Shown: positions 40,408-50,795, counted from the stretch's first letter. The stretch is DNA of 64,000 bases from Candidatus Bathyarchaeia archaeon (GCA_050013255.1 JBEKFP010000001.1:576001-640000); one strand, 5' to 3'. Notes: generated by a model not told the origin, from the sequence alone. Translations and numbers: made by a program.

Positions 40408-42024
40408 ATGTCTAAAGACAACTTTTCTCCTCTTGAGGATAAAGTGCTCAAGCATGTTTTTGCGCTTTACCCGCAGTTCGCTGTAGCTCTTGGGCTTCAC
40501 GAATACGACGGACTCTTACCGCGACTTTCGGAAGACTTTGTCAATGGATGGCTTGAGAAAGCGAACGAATTAGTCGGGAGGTTGCCTTCGATAGACCTTT
40601 CGAAACCAGTTAGTCGGAGGCCTCTTGACATGGAGCTCCTGAGAATGCTGCTCGAAGGAGCGCTATTCGACTTGAAGGATCTTCGCGTCTGGAAGGAGGA
40701 GCCCCTTACCTACGTGAGACCGTTGAACATTCAGCCCTATATTATTCGAGAATATGCACCAGTCGAGGCCCGAACCAAAGTCATCATTAAGCATTTCAGA
40801 TCTATACCTGAATTCCTGCGGACTGCGCGCGACAACTTGGAGCCTGTTCTGCCCAAGCCTTCGGTAAAGTTTGCACAAGACATCACGAGCGGTTTACCTT
40901 CGCACTTCAATGAGGCCGATAAGCTCCTGAAAGATGCGCCGGAGCAACTTCGAAGCGACTATAGCATGGCCAAGAGAGGGGCCCTTAAAGCTATACAGGC
41001 GTTCGCAAGGGCTTTGCAGGAAGATTACCTTCCGAAGGCAAAGGAAGAGTTCGCTCTCGGTGAAGTAAAACTCGCCAGACTCATGTGGGTCCTAGATCGT
41101 TTAGATCAGCCCCTGAAAGAACTCCTTAAGACGGGATTAGATGACCTCGCGCAGAACAAAGAAGCCTTCATTGAAACAGCCAGAAGGATAGACCCTTCGA
41201 AGTCGCCGCGAGACGTTATGAAGCAAGTTGGGTTCGACCATTCAAAGGCCGATTCGCTGATTAAGGATACGCAGAACCTGCTGGAGGAAATCCGTTCATT
41301 CACTGTTCAGAAAGACATCGTGACGTATCCCTCAGAAGAGCGATGTGTAGTTGCTGAAACGCCAGGATTCGCGCGTGAACTGTACACGGCCGCGATGGAT
41401 CCACCTGGACCATTCGAGGAAGGCTCAACCCGTGCCATCTACTACGTAACTCCTGTTGACAGCCGTTGGAGTGAAGAACGTAAGGAGGAGTGGCTTCGCC
41501 ACTTAAACACGGCCTCCCTGAAAGAGATCTCAATTCATGAAGCCTATCCCGGACATTACTTGCATTTCCTACACCTTAAGAATCTCAAAACCAAAACATC
41601 GAAGGCTTTCATCTCCTACGCCTTCACTGAGGGTTGGGCCCATTACTGCGAGGAGATGATGATAGAGCAAGGATTTGGAGAAGGCGACCTTAAAGTCAAA
41701 TTAGCCGTCCTCCAGGCAGCGTTACTTCGAGACTGCCGCTACATATGCTCAATAAAGATGCACTCGGGGCAATTCACTCTGAAAGAGGCAACTCAATTTT
41801 TCATCGATAATGCCTTCTTGGATCAACTACCCGCAGAGCGCGAAGCTCAACGCGGCACCATCGACCCAGGATACTATTCGTATACGCTGGGCAAACTCTT
41901 CATCAAGAAAACCTATCGCAGTTATCATTTGGCACACCCGACGCTAACACTGAAGAGTTTCCATGACTCGCTCCTCTCCTGGGGCGCACCACCAGTCGGT
42001 TATCTGGAAAAACTCATCGCATAA
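40408..42024 (+). CDS. DUF885 family (putative metallopeptidase)
   Basis: HEAYPGHYLH, FTEGWAHYCE, YYSYTLGK. Confidence 0.9.
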   Translation: MSKDNFSPLEDKVLKHVFALYPQFAVALGLHEYDGLLPRLSEDFVNGWLEKANELVGRLPSIDLSKPVSRRPLDMELLRMLLEGALFDLKDLRVWKEEPLTYVRPLNIQPYIIREYAPVEARTKVIIKHFRSIPEFLRTARDNLEPVLPKPSVKFAQDITSGLPSHFNEADKLLKDAPEQLRSDYSMAKRGALKAIQAFARALQEDYLPKAKEEFALGEVKLARLMWVLDRLDQPLKELLKTGLDDLAQNKEAFIETARRIDPSKSPRDVMKQVGFDHSKADSLIKDTQNLLEEIRSFTVQKDIVTYPSEERCVVAETPGFARELYTAAMDPPGPFEEGSTRAIYYVTPVDSRWSEERKEEWLRHLNTASLKEISIHEAYPGHYLHFLHLKNLKTKTSKAFISYAFTEGWAHYCEEMMIEQGFGEGDLKVKLAVLQAALLRDCRYICSIKMHSGQFTLKEATQFFIDNAFLDQLPAEREAQRGTIDPGYYSYTLGKLFIKKTYRSYHLAHPTLTLKSFHDSLLSWGAPPVGYLEKLIA

Positions 42025-42079
42025 CAGTTAAGGCTTAAGCGCAAGCCAGTTGCCTTTCTTGTCGACCCAGAACAGCGGG

Positions 42080-43429
42080 CTACTTGAGTTGCGCAGCTAC
42101 CTCTTTCACAGCGCCCTCGAATACTTCTAGGCCAGCGTCAATTGTTTCATGTGTTATGATGAGGGGGGGAGCGAATCGCATCGTTGACCTACCGGCGGTG
42201 ATGATTGCTAGGCCACGTTTGAAGCATTTGTTCATGATGTCCAGAATTTCTTGAGCGGCGGGTTCCTTTGTTTCCCTGTCCTTAACGAATTCTACACCGA
42301 CCATGAGCCCTTTGCCCCGGATGTCGCCTATGATCGAGTATTTTTGTTGCATCTCTTTCAGGCGTTTCATCAGATAAGCGCCTTGGCGGGTTGCATTTTC
42401 GAGGAGTTTCTCATCCTTTATGATTTCAATTACTTGGAGCCCGGCCGCGCAGGCTATGGGGTTGCCGCCAAAGGTGTTGGCGTGCGAGCCTCCTTCCCAG
42501 TCCATTATTTCCTCTTTGGCTATGGTTGCCCCGATTGGCATGCCTGATGCGAGCGCCTTAGCTGCTGTCACCACATCGGGCGTGACTCCCCAATGTTCGA
42601 TGGCGAACCATTTTCCTGTCCGTCCCATTCCTGACTGGATTTCATCATCCACGAGAAGAATGTCGTATTTGTCGAGGATTTTCTTGAGGCGCTGGAAATA
42701 GTTGTCTGGAGGGACCACGTATCCTCCTTCGCCTTGGATAGATTCGATGAACATAGCGGCTGTGTCTTCGGGGGGATGAAACTTCTTCAGCACTTCCTCT
42801 TCAATGAAGTCGACACACCACATATCACATTCGGGATAAGTGAGCCCGAAGGGACACCGGTAGCAGTACGGGTACGGAACATGGGTAACTTCCTGCCCCA
42901 GCGGGAAGAAGTGTCGCCTCTGCACTGGCTTGCTCGAAGTCAGACTCATTGTTCCGAAGGACCTGCCATGGAATGACCCCGTGTACGCCAAGAAGAGTGG
43001 TTTCCGAGTATGCCACCGCGTCATCTTCATCGCGGCTTCGTTCGCTTCGGCCCCGCTATTAGAGAAGAAAACTTTCTTCCGGAACATCCCCGGCGTAATT
43101 TTGGTAAGCTGTTCCCCGAGGTCAACGATTGGTTTGTAGTAGAAATCGGTCCACGAATAATGGATTAGCTTCTCAGCCTGGTCTTTGATCGCCTTGACGA
43201 CGCGCGGGTGGCAATGGCCGACATTGAGGACCACTAAACCGGAATTGAAGTCCACAAATTCATTACCGTCCACATCCTTAACATAGCATCCGGCCCCTGA
43301 TTCTGCGACGAGAGGATACCACCTAACAACCGAATGCGACAGAATGTTCGTGTCCTTCTCAAGAAGTTCACGTGCCTTCGGGCCAGGCGGCGTCACAAGG
43401 ATTTTCGGTTTTTCGAGTTTAGCTGCCAA
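42080..43429 (-). CDS. Class III PLP aminotransferase (4-aminobutyrate/acetylornithine type)
   Basis: NSGAEANE, FHGRS, IQGEGG, DEIQSGMGRTG, AKALASG, NTFGGNP. TTG at 43429 preferred; ORF extends to 43531. Confidence 0.93.
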   Translation of the reverse strand: MAAKLEKPKILVTPPGPKARELLEKDTNILSHSVVRWYPLVAESGAGCYVKDVDGNEFVDFNSGLVVLNVGHCHPRVVKAIKDQAEKLIHYSWTDFYYKPIVDLGEQLTKITPGMFRKKVFFSNSGAEANEAAMKMTRWHTRKPLFLAYTGSFHGRSFGTMSLTSSKPVQRRHFFPLGQEVTHVPYPYCYRCPFGLTYPECDMWCVDFIEEEVLKKFHPPEDTAAMFIESIQGEGGYVVPPDNYFQRLKKILDKYDILLVDDEIQSGMGRTGKWFAIEHWGVTPDVVTAAKALASGMPIGATIAKEEIMDWEGGSHANTFGGNPIACAAGLQVIEIIKDEKLLENATRQGAYLMKRLKEMQQKYSIIGDIRGKGLMVGVEFVKDRETKEPAAQEILDIMNKCFKRGLAIITAGRSTMRFAPPLIITHETIDAGLEVFEGAVKEVAAQLK

Positions 43430-43579
43430 GTTTAGTGCCTCGAACTTGAAGACGCTTGGCCTGAGAATTGTAAAAGCCTTCCGTTCACATGCCGCAGATG
43501 CAAGTGAGGCAACACAACACGCCAAAGTCACGGTTTGTTTTACAATGGTATAATGCTCAGCGCCTTCCGTCCAGACGAG

Positions 43580-44281
43580 TTATTTCTGAAGCAAGACTCT
43601 AGAGTTATCAGACATCGTTAGTTCATGCCATCTTCGGTCAAATTGCATATTTCTCATAGTTCTGATTCGCATGAAGTCACGCGTTTCCTCGCCAACATCC
43701 TCAACCTTGAAATCGACGATTCCATCAACCGCCGCTTCGAGTTGCTTGTAAGCCCAGTTGCTATGAATTCCAGCCATGAAGCCGATTATCTGGGTCATTT
43801 GCCTCGGTTTGGCCATTGGAATGGGTCGGGTTAAGTACAATTCAACCCAGTTCTTCTCATCGTTGAATCTATCAAGAACTGAACTGTTGTCCGCTATAAC
43901 GAGAAATTCAGGTGCGGGTGATTCGACCATCGCCTCCCTTGCTATCCAAATGCTAAGGTCGGCGACTTTCAACGATTCGGGGGCGAACTTTTCCTTGGAT
44001 TTCTGACCCAGCGAGAGTGTGTAGAAGTCAGTAATCCATAGTCTGTCCTTCTGTTCCATATCCTCAACTGGAAGCCCTAACCCCCGAAGTTGAAAGCGGA
44101 CATCATTAGGTGATTGGGAATGTGCAATGTAGCTAACACTACCACCGGTCCTCAGCCATACTGCTGCAATTGTGAGCGACGCGTTGTACCATTGTGATGC
44201 AGGGTCAAATTCGACGAGAATATTGGTTCCTGGAGAGACCGGCCCCGTAGTCAAATCCTCGATCAATTCAAGGCGCGGCAC
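43580..44281 (-). CDS. RAD55/KaiC-like protein with degenerate Walker A
   Basis: ILVEFDPASQW in place of GxPGxGKT; AAVDGIVDF, RIRTMRN. Confidence 0.75.
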   Translation of the reverse strand: MPRLELIEDLTTGPVSPGTNILVEFDPASQWYNASLTIAAVWLRTGGSVSYIAHSQSPNDVRFQLRGLGLPVEDMEQKDRLWITDFYTLSLGQKSKEKFAPESLKVADLSIWIAREAMVESPAPEFLVIADNSSVLDRFNDEKNWVELYLTRPIPMAKPRQMTQIIGFMAGIHSNWAYKQLEAAVDGIVDFKVEDVGEETRDFMRIRTMRNMQFDRRWHELTMSDNSRVLLQK

Positions 44282-44430
44282 GTCAAGAACACACGCCGAT
44301 CATACTAAGCACGGGAAGTTCTGGTTTTCGGTTCGCCTTGATAAGTTGGCGTGAACACGCACGACAATATTAGACCCCTTAAGGTACGAAGTAGCGAAAA
44401 GTAGAGTTTCCATCTCAGCGAGCTGAATTC

Positions 44431-44874
44431 ATGTTGAAGGGAAAAGCATTCGCATTCTTCACTTCTAGAACAATTATCGTTCACATTGCCACCTACCTAC
44501 TTGCCGGCATGGTGGCCTACTGGATTCAGTGGAGTGGAGTGTATGGGGGGCCTGCGATGCAAACGTACATGAAACCCGCAAGCGAATACGCCGCATGGGT
44601 TATTCCTTCTCAGATTCTGAGAGGTTTCATATTGGCGGTAGCGCTTTACCCGTTTCTCGGCAGAATTCTTGAAATGAAACGCTGGGGTTGGCTGTCCGTT
44701 TCTTCGCTCTATCTCCTAATTGGTACAATAGCGGGAAGCGGAGGTGTTATCGAACACATCGTCTTCACTACCACTCTCGTAACTTTCACTTTGGCAACGC
44801 TCCCAGAGATAACCGTACAAGGATTGCTGTTCGGATACCTGCTAGTGTCTTGGGAACGACGATCTCGTAAATGA
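44431..44874 (+). CDS. Hypothetical 4-TM membrane protein
   Basis: Hydrophobic ORF; QILRGFILAVALYPF. Confidence 0.65.
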   Translation: MLKGKAFAFFTSRTIIVHIATYLLAGMVAYWIQWSGVYGGPAMQTYMKPASEYAAWVIPSQILRGFILAVALYPFLGRILEMKRWGWLSVSSLYLLIGTIAGSGGVIEHIVFTTTLVTFTLATLPEITVQGLLFGYLLVSWERRSRK

Positions 44875-44887
44875 AATTCAGTGATCA

Positions 44888-45643
44888 ATGATGGTAGCAA
44901 CCCCAGAATACGGCAACTGGGTTTCAAAGAGATTCATCTATACACCGGGTTTAGTAGGCCTCACGTTTTCCGCGTTCGCTCTTGTTCTCCCCGCCTTGCT
45001 GATCATTGCTGGACTGGTCTTCATAGTTGCGGCCTACTTTGCATACGCTCGATACCTGTTCGCGCGCGATGGAAGAAATATGCAAGACCGGGTCGTTGAA
45101 TTGGTGCTTGCAAATCTGGACTGGAATGGGGAGGGCCAGGCATTGGATATAGGCTGCGGAAGTGCCGCCCTGACAATCAAACTCGTTAAGAAGTATCCCA
45201 AGGCTCGAGTCATAGGGATTGATTATTGGGGCGAGAGATGGGAATTCTCGAAGGAGATGTGTGAGAGGAATGCTGAGATCGAAGGGGTGCGTGATCGTGT
45301 GGCCTTCCAGAAAGCCAGTGCTTCAAGCTTGCCATTTGCCGACGGATATTTCGATGCGGTGATCAGCAATCTCGTATTTCATGAAGTGAGTGACGCTGCG
45401 GATAAGCGAGATGTCATTCGAGAAGCTTTGCGCGTGCTTAAGAAAGGCGGGAAATTCACTTTTCAGGATCTGTTTTTGATGAAGCGAGTATACGGCGACA
45501 TTGGCGACCTGATCGCTACCGTTCGTGGTTGGGGCATAAGAAAGGTGGAATTTGTTCGGACACGAGACTCGGTTTTCATTCCATTGGCCCTAAAATTGCC
45601 GTTCATGGTGGGAGCAATGAGCATTATCACTGGAAAGAAATGA
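44888..45643 (+). CDS. Class I SAM-dependent methyltransferase with N-terminal TM hairpin
   Basis: LDIGCGSA, LPFADGYFDAVISN, RVLKKGG. Confidence 0.92.
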   Translation: MMVATPEYGNWVSKRFIYTPGLVGLTFSAFALVLPALLIIAGLVFIVAAYFAYARYLFARDGRNMQDRVVELVLANLDWNGEGQALDIGCGSAALTIKLVKKYPKARVIGIDYWGERWEFSKEMCERNAEIEGVRDRVAFQKASASSLPFADGYFDAVISNLVFHEVSDAADKRDVIREALRVLKKGGKFTFQDLFLMKRVYGDIGDLIATVRGWGIRKVEFVRTRDSVFIPLALKLPFMVGAMSIITGKK

Positions 45644-45684
45644 AATGAGGGAACGAGCTGTGATTCAGCCCGAGTCCCGGAGCA

Positions 45685-45752
45685 TCCTCAGTTTGGCTGT
45701 CAGCTGAGAACGTTGGGTCAATTATCAACTCGTCAGGCTTAGCGTCCTTCAC
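45685..45752 (+). repeat. 68-bp perfect direct repeat, copy 1 (intergenic)
   Basis: Identical to 46391-46458. Confidence 0.95.
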
Positions 45753-45755
45753 TAC

Positions 45756-46169
45756 TCATATTCCTAATGCGGCACTCAACGAGAAGGCGCCTGCGCCGAG
45801 AACGATCATGGTCATTGCAAGCAGAATGTATGTCACATCAGTTTCGTATGCTGAAGCATTCTCCCCGATAAGATAAGGTGCTTTCATCTTAGTCTTCTTC
45901 AAGGCGATGTTTCCAATCATCTCTAGGGCGATGAAGAAGGCTACTATTGGGACTAGGAACCCGAGGATGAGTGCTATTCCTCCAAAGAATTCAAGCACGA
46001 TTACAGCAACCGTAGCGGCTGCCGGAACACCGAGACCCCCGGTCCATTTGAGAGTCGCTTGAGGATTCTTCAGCTTCGGGTACCCGTGCATTACGAATGT
46101 TGCTCCTACAACCACTCGGAGTAGTAACGTTAGGTAAGGCGTGTAAAACATTAGCATATCAAGTAACAT
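45756..46169 (-). CDS. DoxX family membrane protein
   Basis: LLRVVVGATFVMHGYPKL, LEFFGG, GAGAFSL. Confidence 0.9.
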   Translation of the reverse strand: MLLDMLMFYTPYLTLLLRVVVGATFVMHGYPKLKNPQATLKWTGGLGVPAAATVAVIVLEFFGGIALILGFLVPIVAFFIALEMIGNIALKKTKMKAPYLIGENASAYETDVTYILLAMTMIVLGAGAFSLSAALGI

Positions 46170-46347
46170 GTACCATCACAAACTGCACAGATTACCACTC
46201 GATTATTAATGCTTATCAGCAGAAGAACGACAACCAACCAAGAGCAAACGCTAAGCGGGGGACGAGGCTCACGAGCAACTCACCCCTACCGGAACCACCA
46301 TAGTTCCAAGTCGTAGGTGTATTGGAAAATGAGGGCGGGTATGAGCA

Positions 46348-47262
46348 TCAGACCATTTTGCGGATTTGCTCAAGATTTCTCAGGAAGCCTTCCTCAGTTT
46401 GGCTGTCAGCTGAGAACGTTGGGTCAATTATCAACTCGTCAGGCTTAGCGTCCTTCACCGCTCGGATGTCTTCTTTGATCTGGTCTAGGTTACCGGAACA
46501 GAAGTTTCTTTCTTTTCCGAGAGGTTGTGGTCTAACGTCAATGTTGTATCGGGCCACGATCTTGAAGGCGGCCGGGTCGCGGCCAGCGCTCTTAACCATA
46601 CCCTTGATTTGGACCGACATCGACGTCAGTTGATCAACAGAAACGCCTACTGGCATCCAACCATCAGCGAAGGTTGCTACACGTTTCATTGCCAAAGGTG
46701 CAAACGCTGCCATGTAGATAGGGGGGTGTGGCTTCTGCACCGGTTTGGGCTGGATAATGGATTTGGGAAGTTGGAAGTATTTTCCGTGAAATTCAACTGG
46801 GTCCGTTGTCCAGATTGCTTTGACGACTTTTAGAAATTCGTCTGCGCGTTTGCCTCGCCCTTTCAGCGACGTGCCGATTGCATCGTATTCGTCCTTGGAC
46901 CAACCTAGCCCGAACCCGACTTTCAGCCTCCCATTCGAGAGTTGGTCTAGTGTGGTTAACCGTCGGGCGAGTAGAACTGGGTTGTAGAATGGTATGTCAA
47001 GGACACTCGTGCCTAAGGAGACTCGGTTTGTGTGCGCAGCGGCAAAGGTCAAAGTTTCAATCGGGTCGAAAACGCGTTTGTAGACGTCTGGAATCGGCCC
47101 ACCATAGTATGATGTCTGAGGATTTACAGGCCATAGGAGGCGCTCGGTCACCCAGAGCCCATCATAACCCAATTCCTCTGCACGCTTCGCAACTTTGATA
47201 ATCGTGCGAGGGTCCGCCACAGGTCCCAACTGAGGAAGAAAGAATCCTGTTTTCATTGACAT
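46348..47262 (-). CDS. LLM-class (probably F420-dependent) oxidoreductase
   Basis: AEELGYDGLWV, LGTSVL, LDQLSNGRL..GFGLGWSKDE, PKPVQKPHPPI, ADGW. Confidence 0.9.
   Translation of the reverse strand: MSMKTGFFLPQLGPVADPRTIIKVAKRAEELGYDGLWVTERLLWPVNPQTSYYGGPIPDVYKRVFDPIETLTFAAAHTNRVSLGTSVLDIPFYNPVLLARRLTTLDQLSNGRLKVGFGLGWSKDEYDAIGTSLKGRGKRADEFLKVVKAIWTTDPVEFHGKYFQLPKSIIQPKPVQKPHPPIYMAAFAPLAMKRVATFADGWMPVGVSVDQLTSMSVQIKGMVKSAGRDPAAFKIVARYNIDVRPQPLGKERNFCSGNLDQIKEDIRAVKDAKPDELIIDPTFSADSQTEEGFLRNLEQIRKMV
46391..46458 (+). repeat. 68-bp perfect direct repeat, copy 2 (inside the LLM gene 3' end)
   Basis: Identical to 45685-45752. Confidence 0.95.
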
Positions 47263-47452
47263 CCTTTCCCGCAAAGCTTTCAACCAATCTATAAACTGAT
47301 TGCAGCGAAGGCGATTTCAAGGGAACGACAAACCTAGCTATGTCCTGATCGTGAAGGAACCAAGAGAGAAGGAATTTCTTGCACCTGCAGCAACCTTCGT
47401 GCTGGCTGGGGTTAGACGCGCTGGCTGTCACGTTAGCTGCGTATTGACCGGG

Positions 47453-47812
47453 TCAGATTCTATCCAGTTTTTCTAATGTGCGCTCGTCCCGTAGGTTTCC
47501 TGTATTTAGTGTGGATGCTGGTTCGAATAGGAGAATGTGAGCTTCTTCTTCGGCGACGGGTCGGTGCTCCACTCCTCGCGGCACAACAATGAACTCTCCT
47601 TCCTCAAGCCACACGTGTTTATCGCGGAACTCCATTCGGAACCTGCCCTTTACGACCAGAAACATCTCATCCTCTTTTTCGTGGTGGTGCCAAACGAATT
47701 CACCTTTAAGCTTGTCAAACTTCACACATTGCCCATTCAGCTCAGCGGCAATGTAGGGTTTCCAGTATTCTTTGATCTGCTTAAATTTCTCAGCAAGGTT
47801 TACCTTCTCCAT
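47453..47812 (-). CDS. Cupin domain protein
   Basis: GEFVWHHHEKEDEMF, VPRGVEHRP. Confidence 0.92.
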   Translation of the reverse strand: MEKVNLAEKFKQIKEYWKPYIAAELNGQCVKFDKLKGEFVWHHHEKEDEMFLVVKGRFRMEFRDKHVWLEEGEFIVVPRGVEHRPVAEEEAHILLFEPASTLNTGNLRDERTLEKLDRI

Positions 47813-47900
47813 AAACCCCCCTCCGTTGACTGTATTACTCGCTAGGTACCTTGAAATGGTTTACATATCCCGAAATTATGCAGGGGCAGCTGAGTAAGCG

Positions 47901-48902
47901 TTGACTACGAAGATGCGATTACCACCACGAGAAGCTTTCTTCATCGCTGGCCTCGTGATCATATTGCTTCTGGCAGCCTTCATCATGAACGTTAGCGCCT
48001 CGGCGAAAACTGCCCAAACGACAACTACGAGAAACGTAATCATTGAATGGACGAAAAACCTGAGTGACCAGGATAGGTTCTATCCGGATTTCATAATAGT
48101 AAACCAGGGTGACACAGTTGCCCTCACATTCATCAACAATGATACGGTCGTTCATGATTTTGTAATTGGCCCTCCATACAATATTATGGTGAATGCTTCA
48201 GTCCCCGGCCTGCACGATGACATCACGGGCCAACTAATGACCTCGGCCGCAACACGAAACTCACCCGGGGTCGTCGTTTCAGGTACTCCGGGCAATGTTT
48301 CAGCCACGTATACCTTCATGGCAAAGTATGCTGGTATCTTTGAGTATGTGTGCACGTACCACATTCAGGTCGGCATGATTGGTTACATGGTCGTTCTCGC
48401 ACCAAATACATCCAGTATAACCCAACCCACAAGCCCCAATCAAACGGTGTCCCAAAGCTCAACGGTGATTCAGGTAAGCATCGACCCTGGGTCGGGTACT
48501 AACGTCAACTTGCCGGGCTATACGCCTACGGACCTGACGATTGTCATCGGAGTCAACAACACGGTGAAATGGACCAACAACGACATCATGCCACACACGG
48601 TTACTGCGACGGATGGAAGTTTTGATTCAGGGAACATTAACCCTAGCGGCACATACGTTTACACTTTCACTAAGGTGGGTGTTTACCAGTACACTTGCTC
48701 GTACCATAATTGGATGCATGGTACTCTGAATGTTGTGACTGAAACGATTGGCCAAGAATCCCAAGAACATGGAGAATTCAGCATCGTCCTGACGGCATAT
48801 GAGATCTACGGAATAATCGGATTCGGAATAGTTGCGTTACTAGCAATCATGATGGTAATTGGGAGGACAAAACGCGCAGGCGAGCGAACCACGACCGCGT
48901 AG
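47901..48902 (+). CDS. Tandem type-1 (blue) copper protein, membrane anchored
   Basis: Two plastocyanin-like sites: HDF...CTYHIQVGM and PHTVT...CSYHNWM; N- and C-terminal hydrophobic segments. Confidence 0.88.
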   Translation: MTTKMRLPPREAFFIAGLVIILLLAAFIMNVSASAKTAQTTTTRNVIIEWTKNLSDQDRFYPDFIIVNQGDTVALTFINNDTVVHDFVIGPPYNIMVNASVPGLHDDITGQLMTSAATRNSPGVVVSGTPGNVSATYTFMAKYAGIFEYVCTYHIQVGMIGYMVVLAPNTSSITQPTSPNQTVSQSSTVIQVSIDPGSGTNVNLPGYTPTDLTIVIGVNNTVKWTNNDIMPHTVTATDGSFDSGNINPSGTYVYTFTKVGVYQYTCSYHNWMHGTLNVVTETIGQESQEHGEFSIVLTAYEIYGIIGFGIVALLAIMMVIGRTKRAGERTTTA

Positions 48903-48962
48903 AAACTGGCTTCATCCATATCTCAAACGGCTTCGAGCATAGACATCGTTATTCCTTGAAAC

Positions 48963-49496
48963 TCAGACCTGCTTCAGGCTCTTCAGGTAGAGTTCTTGGC
49001 AATGCTCGATGACTTTTCTTGCGGCCTCTGCTTTTTCCCAACCTAACACTTTGACTTGTTTCCCTTCCAAGACCTTGTACGTTTCGAATAGGTACGCGAT
49101 TTCTTTGAGAATGTGCTCTGGCAGACTGTCCAAGTCGTGATATTCAGCGTACCTGGGATCGCCAGTAGGAACAGCCAAGATCTTATCATCCCTTTTGTTG
49201 TCGTCCAGCATCCGAAGCAGTCCCAGAGGCCTCGCTGACATTATGCATCCTGGAAAGGTAGGGCTCGTTACCAGGACGAGAATATCAAGCGGGTCACCAT
49301 CTTCATCGAGAGTCCGCGGGAGAAAACCGTAATCGCCGGGAAAATGCACCGCTGAGAAAAGCACGCGGTCAAGAACTATGGCTTTCTTCTTCACATCGTA
49401 TTCGTATTTGTTTTCAGTTCCTTTCGGGCTCTCAATAACTGCGTACACAACCTCTGGCGAGTTAGGCCCTGTTTCAAGGTCACGCAGGAAATCCAA
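48963..49496 (-). CDS. ppa: Inorganic pyrophosphatase (family I)
   Basis: KYEYD, DYGFLPRTL, DGDPLD, DDKILAV, YKVLE. Confidence 0.95.
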   Translation of the reverse strand: MDFLRDLETGPNSPEVVYAVIESPKGTENKYEYDVKKKAIVLDRVLFSAVHFPGDYGFLPRTLDEDGDPLDILVLVTSPTFPGCIMSARPLGLLRMLDDNKRDDKILAVPTGDPRYAEYHDLDSLPEHILKEIAYLFETYKVLEGKQVKVLGWEKAEAARKVIEHCQELYLKSLKQV

Positions 49497-49606
49497 TTGC
49501 GCTCTTCCTCATTTTCTTTGAATATGCGACGCTTCCTTAATGGGGCTTACTCACGTGCGCAAACCTCACAGTTACGACCATGCAAACCAATGATTGTTCT
49601 ACGGCC

Positions 49607-50239
49607 TTAGATACGGAGCCCTAGTAATATGACAACTCCAAATCCAATTATCACGAAATTTCCAACCGTGAATGTTGCTAGTTGTAGCTTCGCGGAAAGA
49701 TGCTTGTGCGCTATACCGCTGATCGATGCTAAGAAACTCTGCCAAGAGAACGAGGCAATGAAGGCCCCGGAGATGAAGAGGATTGCGTTTACGGAGGATG
49801 AGGAAAAACCCTGCATTCCTAGGATTAGAGCTGTGAAGTATGTTACGGTTACAGGGTTCAGAAGCGTTAACCCGAGAACCATTCCGTAGGTCTGTGGGCA
49901 ATTCGTAGTTCTAAGCCTGGGTTTGCGTGTTCGACCTGAGCGATTTCTTCCGTGATACAGCAACCATGCACCCAGCGCGATTAACCCTATTGCGCTTCCC
50001 ACGCGTAGGATAGGCGCGAAGGGTGCGAGAAATGAGACCAGTAGTGTACCTGCGAGAGCTGCGACCGTTGCATAAATCAGGTCCGCTGATGCAGCGCCAG
50101 CCCCCGCGCTTAAGGCAACCCTGAAACCTCGACGGAGGCCTAGCTCAAGGATTAGAATAGCAATTGGGCCAACTGGAATCGCGATACCGTACCCTGCGAA
50201 AACGCCACTCAGAAACGCATCGAAAGAAAAGCTGACCAT
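49607..50239 (-). CDS. LysE family translocator
   Basis: AIPVGPI, GAASADL, LTLLNP. Confidence 0.88.
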   Translation of the reverse strand: MVSFSFDAFLSGVFAGYGIAIPVGPIAILILELGLRRGFRVALSAGAGAASADLIYATVAALAGTLLVSFLAPFAPILRVGSAIGLIALGAWLLYHGRNRSGRTRKPRLRTTNCPQTYGMVLGLTLLNPVTVTYFTALILGMQGFSSSSVNAILFISGAFIASFSWQSFLASISGIAHKHLSAKLQLATFTVGNFVIIGFGVVILLGLRI

Positions 50240-50306
50240 TGACTGTGCCCAGAAGCGATGAAAGGACTAAGCGGAGATCGTATGCACTTTCCTAAGCCTG
50301 CGTCTA

Positions 50307-50331
50307 TGGTGCGGGCAACTGAATTTGAATC
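50307..50331 (-). repeat. tRNA-3'-end-like repeat
   Basis: Minus strand reads GATTCAAAT-TCAGTTGCCCGCA-CCA, about 11 nt after the Alba stop. Confidence 0.65.
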
Positions 50332-50342
50332 AGGTAGCTTAC

Positions 50343-50663
50343 TCATTCCGCTTGGACAGTTTCTTCCTCTTCGTAATCTTCTTCGTTCTCGCGGGTGAGA
50401 GTTATCTCTATTATTGAAATGTTTCCTCTAGTACCATCAAAGCGAGTGACATCCTCTGAACCCAAGTTTATGCTAACAATTTGAGCGTCCTTGAGGAAAC
50501 TTCGCTTCAGCATTTGCACCGTATCGATCGCTTTCTCTATCGCCTGCCCCCTCGCCCTAACCATAACTTCCCCATTTCCTGAATTGAAGAGGGTAACGCA
50601 TGCGGTTACGTAGTTCATGATGGGTTTCTTTCCGATTCGGACAAGGTTTGATTGTTCACTCAT
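50343..50663 (-). CDS. albA: DNA/RNA-binding protein Alba
   Basis: IGKKPIMNYV, VRARGQAIEKAIDT, ISIIEITL; acidic tail. Confidence 0.93.
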   Translation of the reverse strand: MSEQSNLVRIGKKPIMNYVTACVTLFNSGNGEVMVRARGQAIEKAIDTVQMLKRSFLKDAQIVSINLGSEDVTRFDGTRGNISIIEITLTRENEEDYEEEETVQAE

Positions 50664-50795
50664 ATTCTTACCATGGTTTTGTTCTGTTGGGCTAACTGTA
50701 AGGAAGTTGGGTGTTCAGGGATTTTGTAATGGTAAGTTCTTCCATCGGTTATTCGAGATTTAAACGTACTTCCGTACTTCATTCGCGCTGAGCAT

